In this document: positions 1-14,038 of the stretch, piece after piece
Position numbering within the stretch: position 1 is the stretch's first letter
Layout of the letters: every line of letters begins with the position of its first letter
Notes under the pieces: model-generated
The model's input: the letters and a program-made list of their open reading frames with translations, nothing else
What the model was told of the DNA's origin: nothing
The model's database searches: none
From: Octopus sinensis
Taxonomy: Eukaryota
Assembly (NCBI RefSeq): GCF_006345805.1
Contig: NC_043019.1
Span: 28,085,360-28,149,359, forward strand
DNA length: 64,000 bases
Direction of reading: 5' to 3'
Translations under genes and position numbers: made by a program

Positions 1-204
1 TGTGGTACTGAAGAAGCAGCAAAAACTCCTAAAATATGGATATACACTCCTCACTTATTTTTCTATCTTCCATTGCATTGTTTACATAGACATATTTGTA
101 TACAAAATGTTGTAACTTTGAGTACTGGCCCTAAATTCTACTAAAAATCTGTAGAGAATACACTTAAAAATGACAACTTTTAAAAAAACATAATAAATTA
201 TTAC

Positions 205-345
205 CTTGTAACCAACCCTAACTTTAGATGGAAAATTAAATTGGCCCAAAATGGGAAATTTTTTCTTCAGTTTGGAGTAGAACACATAAAATTGCCGATA
301 ACGTCTATACACATTCCATTCTTCATCTTGAATTCTGATGTAGAC
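205..345 (-). CDS. SNX29: SNX29 exon 20 (VYIRIQDEEWNVYRRY...FPSKVRVGYK), PX domain
   Basis: 141 nt, phase 0 to 0; PX motif VYRRY. Confidence 0.95.
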
Positions 346-3300
346 CTAAAAGAAAAAGGAAGTCATTTATCTACACATGTTGTAAATTAATTATTAAAAT
401 CAATACCTAAATCAGAGATGTACATCCAGTGTGTATACAAACACAGGTACAAAGTTTGCAAAATAGAAATTTAGTCAACTTATTCATTGAAATCAAATTG
501 ATTTCTTTTGGCAGTAAATTGGTAAATGCTTGTAAGGATATATTTGTTTGTTCATTTGTTTTATACACTCTTTAAAGTGGTTGGCATTAGGAAGGCCATC
601 AAGCCATAGAAACCATGCCAAAGCAGCTCTGCAGCTCACCAGGTCCTGTCAAACCATCTAACCCATGGCAGCATAGAAAACAGACATTAAACGAGCATGA
701 TGACGATGATGATTTTCCCTGTTAGATCAATACATGTTATTGTGGCATCATTTTGCAGCTGGATGCCTTTCCTGTTGCTTGACAGGGAAAGTCAGCAAAC
801 ATCATTTGTAGTTCACTAATTTTTCATATGAAGCACAAAATATAAACATTCGCACACACACGCACAAATACATATATCTTTATATATAAAAGAAAGGTTG
901 TGTGTCTGTCTCCTACGATTTAGATTCCTAACTACTCCCACATTTTGCGGTGCAGTTTAACCAAAACCGGGTATCTTATAGTCGTGATTCATATCGAGCC
1001 CTTCTGGGTATTAGCGCGCGTCTACGATGAGTCTACGATTTAAAAAAAAATTTACCATAATTTTTTTCCATTTTAATGCATTTTTTCGCTATTATATATG
1101 GGAAGTAACTCTCTCAAAATGTCTACGATGAGTCAACGATTTAAATAAAATTTACCATAATTTTTTTTCCATTTTTAATGCATTTTTTTGCTATAACTCT
1201 CTAAAAATGCTTATATAGTTATTTCCCTTACAAACCCGAGCAACACTGGGCGATACTGCTAGTGTGTATATATATACATATATAAACATATACTCTGTAA
1301 AGTAGTTGGTGTTAAGAAGGGCATCCAGCTGTAAAAATTGTGCCAAAGCAGACTGACTCGCAAACTCCTGTGAAACCATCCAACCCATCCCAGCATGGAA
1401 GAAGGATGTTAAATGATCATGATGATGATGATATCTCTGTGTGTGTGTAGTGATTGATGCAGGCACAGCTGTATGATTAATAAGTGTGCTTCCCAATCAA
1501 ATGGTCCCAGGTTCAGTCCCACTCCATGGCACCTTCGACAAATGTTTTCTACTCTACCTGGGGGCCAACTAAAACCTTGTGATTGGAGTTGGTAGACAGA
1601 GACAGAGTCTGATTATGTGTTTGCAATCATTTTACCCAAGTTTTCATGGCTGGGTTGTTGTTTATTTTGTTGTCCTCATTGGAAAAGCCAAAGGAAACAA
1701 ATGAAAGTGTGGTACTTTGACGAGAAAGAAACTTTATTTACCTGGTATACATGATAAGTATCTGATGATAAGCCACGTAAAAATGCAGATGGAATCCAAA
1801 CATGTACAAGGTTTCTGGGTGTGATGGTTAGACTGTATAATAAAAAGCCAAAGAAATCTTCATAAAACATTACTCAGAGTTTCACGTTACCATTGTAGAC
1901 AGGAGTGATCATACTCATAAAACATTATGTATATGCATGCATATCTATTCATATCTATCTGTCTATCTATCTATCTATCTCTATCTGTCTGTCTATCTAT
2001 CTATCTATCTATATCCGTCTGTCTGTCTATCTATCTATATCTGTCTGTCTGTCTATCTATCTATATCCGTCTGTCTATCTATCTATATCCGTCTGTCTGT
2101 CTATCTATCTATATCCGTCTGTCTGTCTATCTATCTATATCCGTCTGTCTGTCTATCTATATCAGTATGTCTGTCTGTCTATCTATATCCGTCTGTCTGT
2201 CTGCCTGTCTATCTATATCTGTCTGTCTGTCTGTCTATCTATATCAGTATGTCTGTCTGTCTATCTATATCCGTCTGTCTGTCTGCCTGTCTATATCTCT
2301 GTCTGTCTGTCTGTCTATCTATATCCGTCAGTCTGTCTGTCTATCTATCTATATCCGTCAGTCTGTCTGTCTGTCTATCTATATCCTTCCACTTATTTCT
2401 TATTTTTATTTTTCTAAAATTTTCGTTGCATCTTGCAACCTTTTCAATAGTAAAAAAAAAATACATACAAAGAAAACAACTTACTTGTCTACATCTAAGG
2501 AGACACAATCGCTATAAGAAGGCCCTTCATCCGGTAACTGTAAGAGACAGGAACAAAGAAGACAACAATGTCAAAGGGATTATATATTAAATATATCAGA
2601 CATAATAAATCAGTTTGAGAGAAGCGTTGTTACAGGCCAACTGATGGGACAACTAAACATAAATAGATGTGTGTTAATTAGTCGGTATTAGGAAGGGCAG
2701 GGCATACAACTATAGAAACCACATCGAAACAGACGTAGAACCTTGCAGAACCACCTGGCTTGTTTGTTTTTGTTAAACTGTCCAACCCATGACATATTTA
2801 CAAAGTAAGAAAACAGCACAGCTCCCATGACTTCAGGAAACATTTTTTCACGCTGAGAGTTACTGAAGCATGGAACAAACTGCCGGCATCAGTTGTTAGT
2901 TGTCGGAGCACTGCATCCTTCAAAACTTCCATGCTTCCTGAGATTCGCCAACACTACACTTGATTTTCTCCCCTCCATACACACACAAGCATGTATCTGA
3001 CTCATACACTGTTCACTTTCCAGACATTTCTACATTACTGCATGTACTTTATATGCACTTTCTGACAAGTTGTGGTGCACCTGAGCACTGTATACAATAA
3101 TTTCATTATTATTATTATTATAGTATTGGGAAAAGGATGTTAAATGATGAAGATGATGATGGCGTGTGTGTGTGTGTGTGTGTGTGTGTATACATACATG
3201 GACAATGCACACACAGTGAAGGGGCATGGCTTAGTGGTTAGGGTACTCTGCTTCCAATTGTAAGGTCATGAGTTTAGTTCCAGTCAGCACGTTGTATCCT

Positions 3301-6300
3301 TGAGCAAGACACTTCATTTCATGTTGCTCCAGTCCACTAAGCTGGCAAAAATAAGTTGTACCGTATTTCAGAGGGCCAGCCTTATCACATTCCATTTAAT
3401 GCTGAATTTCCCTGATAACTGCATTAAGGTTACACGTGTGTGTGTGTATGTAGAGTGCTCAGCGCCATATGCACGTTAATTTCATGAGCAGGCTGTTCCA
3501 TTGATTGGATCATCTGGAACCCTCCTTGTCATAACCAATGGAGTGCCAGTAGATGCACCCCCCCCACATATTTCTGTCTAAGAGTTTATCCACCAGTAGT
3601 ACAAGATGTACACTTTTGTATTACTGCAAGTTGATGAGCTGAGATGCTGTCTCAAACTGGACACCTATCACAATAGCAGCCAAGTAGCCTGAAGATTTTT
3701 TATACTGCCATAAGCGAGAGTCGGTGACAGGTGGCACAATTTGAATTCAGAATGCAGAGAGCTTGATAAAATGTCACAAGGTATCTTGTCTAAACCCACC
3801 TGTGGCGATTACTTTATTTATTGACCCTGTAACCACACAATATTTCAACATATATAATGAGAAAGTCAGGTGGGTTGAGCCCCATTTTTCTCCAAGATAT
3901 ATAAACCCATGAGAGAATTTGAAAATGACACATGCATGTCCATGTAAATTTATTGATGAGGAAAGAGCAAACGGTACAGACCGGTCCATGTAGGCTAATC
4001 AGTTCCTGCCGTAGCTGTTTGATGAGGGCATCTTTCAACTGGATAGTTCGATGTAAAGCTTCATTGAACTCTATCAGCTCACCATGCATTTCAGCTACCT
4101 GTGAAAGAGAGAAAGATAAATAGAGAGAGAGAATAAATAATGAATATGAACATTTAAAACAAAAACAACAACAACAACAATACTTTCTATTCTTTCTACT
4201 ATAGGTACAGTGGAGAGTAGCAGACTCGCGGTTGTAGGATCGCAGTTTCGATTCCCAGACCAGGCATTGTGAGCGTTTATTGAGCGAAAACACCTAAAGC
4301 TCCATGAGATTCTGGCAGTGGGTGATGGTGACCCCCGCTGCACTCTTTCATCACAACATCCTCTCGCTCTTTCTTCCTGTTTCTGTTGTACCTGTATTCC
4401 AAAGGGTCAGCTTTGTCACACTCTGTATTACACTAAATCTCCCCAATATCTATGTTAAGGGTACACGTGTCTGCGGAGTGCTCAGCTTTTTGCACATTAA
4501 TTTCATGAACAGGCTGTTCGGTTGATCGGATCATCTGGAACCCTTGTCATCATAACTGACCGAGTGCCACCACTATAGGCACAAGGTTGAAATTTGAGGG
4601 GAGGGAACAAGTCGATAACATCAACCTCAGTGTTTGACTGGTACTATTTTATCAACCCCAATAGGATGAAAGGCAAAGTCTACCTCAGTGGTATTTGAAC
4701 CCAGCAGCATTTCTCCTGATTCTTTGCATTCTAGGCATTTTCTCCAGCATAATAATGATTCTGCCAGCTCATTGCCTTATCAAGTAAAGTAAAGACACCC
4801 TTCAATCATGACTGACCGTGAGATTGCACCTAGAAAGTTCTCCTTTAAGGCACAAGTCTGGACAAGGTTGTTTATGGAAGACCAGCAATCACCCATGCAA
4901 ACCAGCCTCCCCTCTCCATGCCATAGAGTAAAGAGTAAATACCCGCTTTGGTCATGAATGGCCATAGGATTGCACCTAGAAAGTTGTTTATGGAAGACCA
5001 GCAGTTGCCTATGCATACCAGCCTCCCCCCCTCTACACCACTGATGTTATCCAAGGGAAAGACAAAAGCTGATATAGCTTAGCACCAATGATGTCGCAAC
5101 TCATTTCTACAGCTGAATGAACTGGAGCAATGTGAAATAAAGTGTCTTGCTCCAAGAACACAACACACAGCCCAGTCAGGTAATTGAACTCACTATCTCA
5201 TGATTGTGAGACTGATGCTCTAACCACTGAGCCATGTACCTTCATCACTGCCTTATCAACAATAATAGTTAGCCTAAATGTAGGTACAAGGGACTAGAAA
5301 TTGGCTGGTAAGAGGTTAATTGATTGAACTGTGTCCAGCACTTGACTGGTCCTTTGTTTTATCAACTCCCTTAAAAGGATGACAGATAAAGTTGACCTTA
5401 GCAAGAACTCAGGATGTAAAGAGTTGGAACAAATACCCACAACTTACTTGAATCAATTTCTTCTCATATTCTGAAGCTTCATGACTGTAATCTATGCTTG
5501 ACTTTGGTGGTGGAATAACTGGCTGTAACTCGTCTAAGTGAATGCCGAGGGATCCTACAAAAATGTTACAAGATATACACACACACATATATATATATGT
5601 AAGCAAATTACAAGTCATTTGTATACATACATGAAGACTGCACAAGGCTTCGAAACAGTCAGTGAAGCTTTGTGCAGTCTTCTGCCAAGTCAGCTCCTGT
5701 CAAACCATCTAATCCATGCCAGCGTGGAAGATGGATGTTAAGTGATGAATGATGATAATGATGATATACATACACATACACACACACACAAAGGATCTGT
5801 CTGTCGTCTCTATTTCACAAAGGTAAACCATATAGGGTATTTAACTCTTTAGCATTCAAATTACTCTGTCAGACATAATGCTTATTTATTCGTTTTGTTT
5901 TAAATTAATCTTGCATTATCTCATAGCTTTTGATATTCTGATGATGTGACATTGTAGGGTAGGTGTGAGAGGCCAGATCTGGCCAGTATGAACATAAAAC
6001 AGGTAGGCTATTTCAGCTGGATATAGCCGGTTTAGATGCTAAAGGATAAACAGAATCTACTTGCCACAGGGAGAGAGAAACTTTTTTTTTTCCTTAAATG
6101 TTGATGTAGCAAAGAGTAGGGAGTGAAGTTACAGGTATGGTAATGGTGGTGATGGTGAGGCAATCCGATGACCAGAAAGGGGATTTATTAGAAGGTCAAT
6201 GGAAAGACCAATGATGAAGCAAAAAGAAGTGAATGTAACGATTTAAAGATAGTAATGCAAGTGCCAACCTTCTGCTTTGGTACCTTCCTTCCTCAGCAAC

Positions 6301-9224
6301 TGAACTGCATTGACATATTTCTTTAGCTGGTGTCTCAGCAGTTCGTTCTCTCTGAAAACAGATTCATAGCCCAATATTTATAAACGTAATAAAGGCAAAG
6401 AGGCTATTAATATAAATGATGGAGCTTTTTGCAATCAACATAAATTCAAATACAGGGAGGGACCTATCCAGGTGTGTCCCATAAGACATTATGCTTAATG
6501 TGACTTACTTCTGAAGTGACTGTATTTTACTGTTGTCCTTCTCCTGTATAACAGCCATCTTTTTCTCTAGGTCACTGACTTCAGCTCGAACAGACAGACA
6601 AGTCTCCTTTTCTTGTGAAAGCAGCTGTTGTAATGATCTGTAATTATACATAAAACAAACATATTAACCCCTTTGCCTGTTCTGTGTATCATATATGGTA
6701 CACAATACATAATGCATTTTCTTATTTATTTACTGCCCACAGGGGGCTATACACAGAAGGGACAAACAAGGACAGACAAACGGATTAAGTCGATTATATC
6801 GACCCCAGTGTGTAGCTGGTACTTATTTAATCGACCCTGCCTATTTTCATAGTAACAAGCCAAACATGAGAACTCTTTTGTCTGCAAGAGAGCATGTGTT
6901 GACAAAGATATTCTACATGAAAGCATGTGTGTTAATGCTGTATCCTGTTGCTTGTACCCAGGTCAAGAGATGTGTTAAAAGTAACAGTGAAATAGGTCTT
7001 AAATCATGCAGCCCCCAATTTTTCTTTTTTTGCTTTCACATAATTGTATGAATTCTCAAGAGTAGAATACAGAATTCAAAAAAATAAAAAAGTTATGAGG
7101 GGTTACATGTCATGCGTAAAGCAGAAGTTGACTTATTTACAGTTTCATATTAAAACACATTATGCACAAAATGACAGCTTCCAAATCCTGTTTTCTGATT
7201 GGGTAAAAATTATCAAACTTTAAACCTCTATAACTTTAAAGAAAAAATCTTCTGGAAAGAGTGAAATATCTCCTGGAAAACTATGTTAATACATGAAATT
7301 TTAAAATATTCAATAAACTTTGAAATGTTCACAGCTGTAGCCAAACAGAAGAGACCCTTTGACAAAATGTGCATAAAGAGGATGTTTGTCTTGCACATCA
7401 TCTGGGGCATAAACTGACAATCAGCAACACTATTAAGACTCAAAGAGAAGACAGAACTAAATTTAAATTTAGAAACCTGTTTTGTTCTTCCACATGGTCT
7501 TTGCGAACCATCATTGTCACTATGGCTTTCTTTAGTTCACCTACAAGCAGAAAGAAATGAAATGAGAAAATAAATGCATAACTAAACAAGAGAAATAAAG
7601 GATTATTAAATAAGGACATAAGCACAAGGTCTCACATTCATTGGAGGTTAGCAGTGAGGGAAATGAGATTGTGTGAAATTCGTACGGATTTTCTTGATTT
7701 ATATGAAAGGCATTACTGATGTATTAAGTTAGGATAATGTAAGACTGTTGGTGGGAATTGAAACAGTGGCCATGGGCATAACTCTTACCATACAGAAAAT
7801 CAGTGATACTTGTTTTCACAGTCTATCTCTCCTGACATCAATATATAGACAGTGATAAATATAAATGTGTGATAGTAACAGGTTTATTTTTACATAATAC
7901 TGGATGACATATATATATATATATATGCATACATATATATATATATATACTGGCATCAACCATGTTCGGATGGTACTTTATATGTACCACCAGCACAAGA
8001 GCCAGTCACGGGGTACTGGCATTGGCCATGTTCAGTTGGTGCTTTTTACATATGACTAATCATAATGTGAAATACATTTGCATCTTATTACGAAATGTTT
8101 ATATATATATAGATATACTAGTTTGGTGAAGAGGTCATTTTCTAGTTTTACTTTGCCTGTTTACATGTGTTTAAAACTTTGCTTGAGGATGGTGGATTTA
8201 TGCAATGAATGCATCAATACAATAATCCTTTCTATTATAAGCATGTTATGAATCATAATATCCTATCATTAATTCCTTTCTACAATAGTAAATAATAGAT
8301 AAAAATATTTTATTTTGAATTGAGTACGAAAATGTGGCATAGTGTTGAATAACGCTCATAGATGGATACTGTCTTTATTTAATATAAAAGATTGCATCTT
8401 AGTCGTTGGACAGCAGTGATTAATGGATTAAATGGCGAGCAGAAATAAAGTTTGAATAAAAGCTTTCATTGAACTGGTTTATTACAAGGCACAAGGCCTG
8501 GATTTTGTGGGGAGGGGGGACAGTCGATTACATCAACCCCAATACTCAATTGGTACTTAATTTATCAACCCCAAAGGGATGAAAGGCAAAGTTGACCTCG
8601 GTGGAATTTGAACTCAGAATCTAAGACAGATGAAATACCCATAAGCATTTTGCTCAGTGTGCTAACGATTCTACCAGCTCACTGCCTTATTGCATCAATA
8701 AAAATAATAAAATGCTACTGAAACAGCTGTAGGAAATTTTAAACCCCACTTGTGTTTGAGACTGTGTGACCGTGATGCCTTTGCTTAATATAAGTTAAGT
8801 GAAAATAACCCTCCATTTTCAACTATTCTCTATCTGTCAGTCCCTTTTATTTACAATAAAACCAACCTTCAGTGATGAAGGTTGATTGGGTGGGATAGGA
8901 TAAAGTGAAACAACAACAGCACAGATAAGAAAGGGGTGTCTTGAACTTACTAGTAGTCATTTCATTGTGCGTGTCTTGCTGTACATTACCACCATCACCT
9001 TCAGTCCTGTAACTTTGACTATAGAAAAAAATAAAGGCATAAATTAAAATAAATAAATAAATAGATAAATAATAACAACAAAAAAACAACAACAACAATT
9101 CTTTCTACTATAAGCACAAGGCCTGAAATTTGCGGGGAGGGGGCCAGTTAATTAGATCGACCCCCCCAGTACGCAACTGGTACATAATTTATCGAGCCGA
9201 AAGGATGAATTTGAATTCACTGCT

Positions 9225-9278
<54 letters not shown>

Positions 9279-10327
9279 GGCTACAGCAAATATTCTGCTC
9301 AATACCACAGATTTGCTTGTCAGTTGTTTGACCGTAACCAGTTGAGCATGTCCCTTAGTGGCTGACGATATGTGCATCTCTGATCACGAGCAGAAGTAGT
9401 GGGGGAGCATCATAGCCATGTGTTGAGAGGGATTCTTTGGGGTTTGAATAATTCACCTCTGGAGACATGGGTGGGTGTTTCAACATCCTTAAACAACCCT
9501 TATTCAGGGACCGTTTGAGCGGGATGGGCTACTCAACCTGAAGAAAATTCTAACTGGGCCCCACCTGCAAGATCATGTGCAGTTTATCTTGATATGAGAT
9601 CACCATGCCGCGCACATATGGTTGTGATGCATGTGCCTGCTGTGCCCTTATCAGACGGGTAGTCATGATGGGTATATTGGGCTTTGTATATTTTACCCCA
9701 GTGTCACTTTGATGGCATGAACTGCTCTCTCACTCAATAATAATAATAATAATAATAGGCACAAGGCCTGAAACTTTGTGGGAGGGGGCTAGATGATTAC
9801 ATCAATCCCAGTGCTCAACTTTTACTTATTTTATCAACCCCGAAAGGATGAAAGACAAAGTCACCTTTGGTAGAATTTGAACTCACAGCATAAAGCTGAG
9901 CATAATGCCACAAAACATTTTCTTCTGGCATGCTAATGATTCTACCAGTTTACCACTTTAATACAGATATTAATAATAACAGCCCTTCTGCTATAGGCAC
10001 AAGACCTAAAATTTTGGGGGAGGGGTGATTTGATCACATTGGTCCCAGTGCTCAACTGGTATTCATCTTATTGACCCCAAAAGGATCAAAGGTAAAGTCA
10101 ATCTTGGTGGAATAATGATAATAATAATGGTTTCGAATTTTGGTACAAAACCAACAATTTCAGGGGCAGGGGTAAATCAATTACATCAACACCAGCACTT
10201 AAATGGAAGTTGCTTTATTGACCCTGCAAGGATGAATGGTAAAGTTAACCTTGGTGGAATTTGAACTCAGAACATGAAGATGGATGAAATGTTGCTAAGC
10301 ATTTCGCCCAATGTACAAAGATAATAG

Positions 10328-10360
<33 letters not shown>

Positions 10361-11090
10361 CTAATAATAATAATGATAATTTCTACTATAGGTACAAGAT
10401 CTGAAATTTCAGGGGAGGGGGTAAGTTGATCACACTGACCCCAGTACTTGACTGGTACTTAATTTATCGACCCTGAAAGGATAAAAGGCTAAGTCAACCT
10501 TGGCAGAATTTGAACACAGAATGTAAGGTTGGATGAAATGCTGCTAAGCATTTGGCTTGGTGTGCTAACGATTCTGCCAATTGTCACCTCAATAACAATG
10601 ATAATAATAATAATGATTTCAAATTTTGGCACAAGACCAGCAATTTCGGGGAGGAGGACAAGTTGATTGCATTGACCCCAGTACTCAACCGGTACTTATT
10701 TTATCGAGCCCAAAAGGATGAAAGGCAAAGCTGACCTCAGCAGAATTTGAACTCAGAACACAAAGACGGATGAAATGCCACTAAGCATTTTGCCCGGCAT
10801 GCTAACCTTAATAATCTGATAATAATAATAATATAATAATATAATAATATGTTTTATACTAACCAGCTGTTGTTGATATTGCTACTGCTGCTGCTGCTAC
10901 CACTGCTACAACCACTGCTGCTGCTGTTGTTGTTGTTGCTCTTCTGAGCCTGAGCTAATGCAAAGGCTGCTGATTCCACATCAGAATTAGAATAAATTTT
11001 GTAATCACTTGTATTGCCTGAGGACAGAAAATGGATACAGACAAAAAACATTCAGTATATACTGCATAGGATTGGGTTGGTTGGGAGAGG

Positions 11091-11136
<46 letters not shown>

Positions 11137-12803
11137 CAGAAAGAGAGAGAGAGACAGACAGACAGGCTGGAAGATAGAGAGATAGATGGACAGAGAGAGT
11201 AATGTAAACTCACAAAGTTGTCTTTAATTATTTGATGCTTGTATTACCTATAGCAATGGATTGTACTCAGAGCTGGATTAAGATTTTGTAGGGCCTGCTC
11301 TACAAAACATAAATTCACACACAAACACACACACACACAAATATATATGTATGTATGCATGTGTGTATGTATGTATACAACAAGCTTGTTCACTTTCTAC
11401 AGACCAAATCCACTCACAAGGCTTTCGTTAGCCCAGGGCTATAGTAGAGAACACTTGTGCCAGATGCAACACAATGGGACTGAATCCAAAGGAACTATGT
11501 GGCTGAGAAGCAAACAGCTTACCACACAGCCATGCTTGCATCTATAGAAAACCACACGTAATCCAGCACTGACTGTACTTACAGTTAATGAGACTGAGAT
11601 AATAAGTATTAAATGACTTTGATACTGTGGACTCTGGTCACTGGCCATTTTCAAGCCCCAGACATGTCTTGAGGGACCAAACCTACGATATGATCAAAAA
11701 CACCCCAGCTGTGACTCTATCAGGAGTTTTTTTCAAGCATGGTGTACGTCCTGTTTAAGTTTTGTTTGAGGAAGATAGAGCAGCTATTTCAAGTAGGTGA
11801 CTGACCACATATTGGTATCATTTAGGTTGGTAGTCTAGTAGGGTAATTAATCAACTGGGTGTGACTGCCATACTGCCATGGTTGCTAGACTGGGATATAC
11901 AAGTTGTGAATAATGTTACACATGCACACATATGTGATAGGCTGCTTTCAGTTTCTGTCTACAAAATCTACGCACAAGGCTTTTTGGTGGTCTGAGGCTA
12001 TAGTAGAAGACACTTTTCCAGGGTGGCATGCAGTGGGACAGAGCCTGAAACCTTGTGGTTGGGAAGCAAACTTCTTACCACACAGCCATACCTGTGCCAA
12101 ACTTTTAGGTATTGTTGTTAATACTCACATTATTCTTTTTTCTTTTAGTAGTTACCTTCTCAAGCCATAGTGACTCACAAGGGCCACTTTCCCAGTTTTA
12201 TGGCAAAAAAAAAGAAACATTTGAGCGAGGTCATTGCCAAAAAAAAAATTCGAGCAAGGTCATTGCCAGTGCCATTGGACTGGCTCCTGTGCAGGTGGCA
12301 CGTAAAAAACACCATTTGAGCATGGCCGTTGCCAATACCGCCTGACTGGCCCCCGTGCCGGTGGCACATAAAAGCACCCACTACACTCTCGGAGTGGTTG
12401 GCATTAGGAAGGGCATCCAGCTGTAGAAACTCTGCCAGATCAGATTGGAGCCTGGTGCAGCCATCTGGCTTGCCAGTCCTTAGTCAAATCGTCCAACCCA
12501 TGCTAGCATGGAAAGTGAACGTTAAATGAGGATGATGATATATTCCCCACCTGGATGAGATGTTGGGACATTGTATGGTTACTCATTTTTGCCAGCTGAG
12601 TGGACAGGAGCAATGTGAAATGAAGTGTTTTGCTCAAGAACACAATGCATTGCCTGGTCCAGGAATCGAAACTACAATCTTACAATCATGAGTCCAACCC
12701 CCTAACCACTAAGCCATGTGCCTCCACTGTTAATACTCACTGGCTCAGTTCCATCAAACTATAAGTACAATCCACTGTTTCGTAAGTGTCTTGACCTTAT
12801 GTT

Positions 12804-12849
<46 letters not shown>

Positions 12850-13085
12850 TAGAAGAGAGAGTGTATGTGTGTGTGTACCTCTTCATCATCACCATTTAAA
12901 ATCCATTTTCAATGCTGGCATGGGTTTGACAGTTTGACCAGAGCTGGTAAACTGGAGAACTGCATCAGAATCTAATTGCCTGTTTTTGCTTGGCTTCTAT
13001 GGCTGGATGCTCTCCCTAATGCCAACCACTTTGCAGAGTGAACTGGTTGCTTATCATGCGGCACAAGCACAGGTGCTTTTTGCAT

Positions 13086-13132
<47 letters not shown>

Positions 13133-14001
13133 TTTATGGAGTAATTTTCCATTTCCTTGACAATAGGAATCCTGTATCTTACCCCCGCCAACTTACCTTG
13201 CTGACTAGATTCTTTTTTATTTGTTTGTGCACCAACTCCACTCAGAGTAACTGGAATCAACAGATCTTTACAGTAACTAAAAATAATAATTTATAAGAAT
13301 ATTGTTAAATGACAAAGATTAATTATGGCAAAATGCATCTAGTCAAAAGGAATGTTTTATCATCATAATTATTATTATTGTTACTAGCTGGCCCCGTGCT
13401 GTAAAAAAATGACGGCTAATTGTAGTATTTTATATATAAATATGGATGGCAAATCGAATTAATACACTTGTCAATGTTATCTAGTAGTTAGTTGTCTTTT
13501 GAGATGTGACATCGATCATCATTTGTTACTGAAAGAATGCTAGTTCACACATACAAACGGTCACATACTTCCCTTGTACACACGCACACATATACACATA
13601 TATACTCACACAGAGTTGAAATGCTGATTTTTCTTTTCAGTGTTGAATGTTCACCATTCAACTTCCATTGCACACACACACACACACACACGCATATACC
13701 CGTACAAAGATGAAACATTCCCACTACCAGTTTACCATCACCCCTTCTTTTCTCATTCATATTATGTGACAGAGAAAAACACAAGAGTATTATTATAGTA
13801 GAAGATGAAGGTGAAGGCAAGCTGGCAGAATCGTTAGTATCTTGTCCATCTTTACGTTTGGAGTTCAAATTCTGTTGAGGCTGACTTTGCCTTTCATCCT
13901 TTTGGGGTCGATAAGTATAAGTAACAGTCACAAACTGAGATCAATGTAATTGACTTTCCTTCTCTTCAAAAACTGCTGGCCCTATGCCAAAATCATCATC
14001 A

Positions 14002-14038
<37 letters not shown>

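Noticed and set aside
11583-11593. 11-nt candidate micro-exon (minus strand, ctcag/TCTCATTAACT/gtaagt), phase 2 to 1 like exon 10
   Set aside because: The 80-nt exon at 13197-13276 already fixes the phase and has homologous peptide; exon-side donor bases are poor. Only RNA-seq could rescue it as a mutually exclusive exon.
13197-13250. Internal CAG acceptor in exon 10 (start of the 68-aa ORF call)
   Set aside because: Use after exon 9 shifts the frame by 26 nt; the upstream TTTTAG acceptor gives the correct phase.
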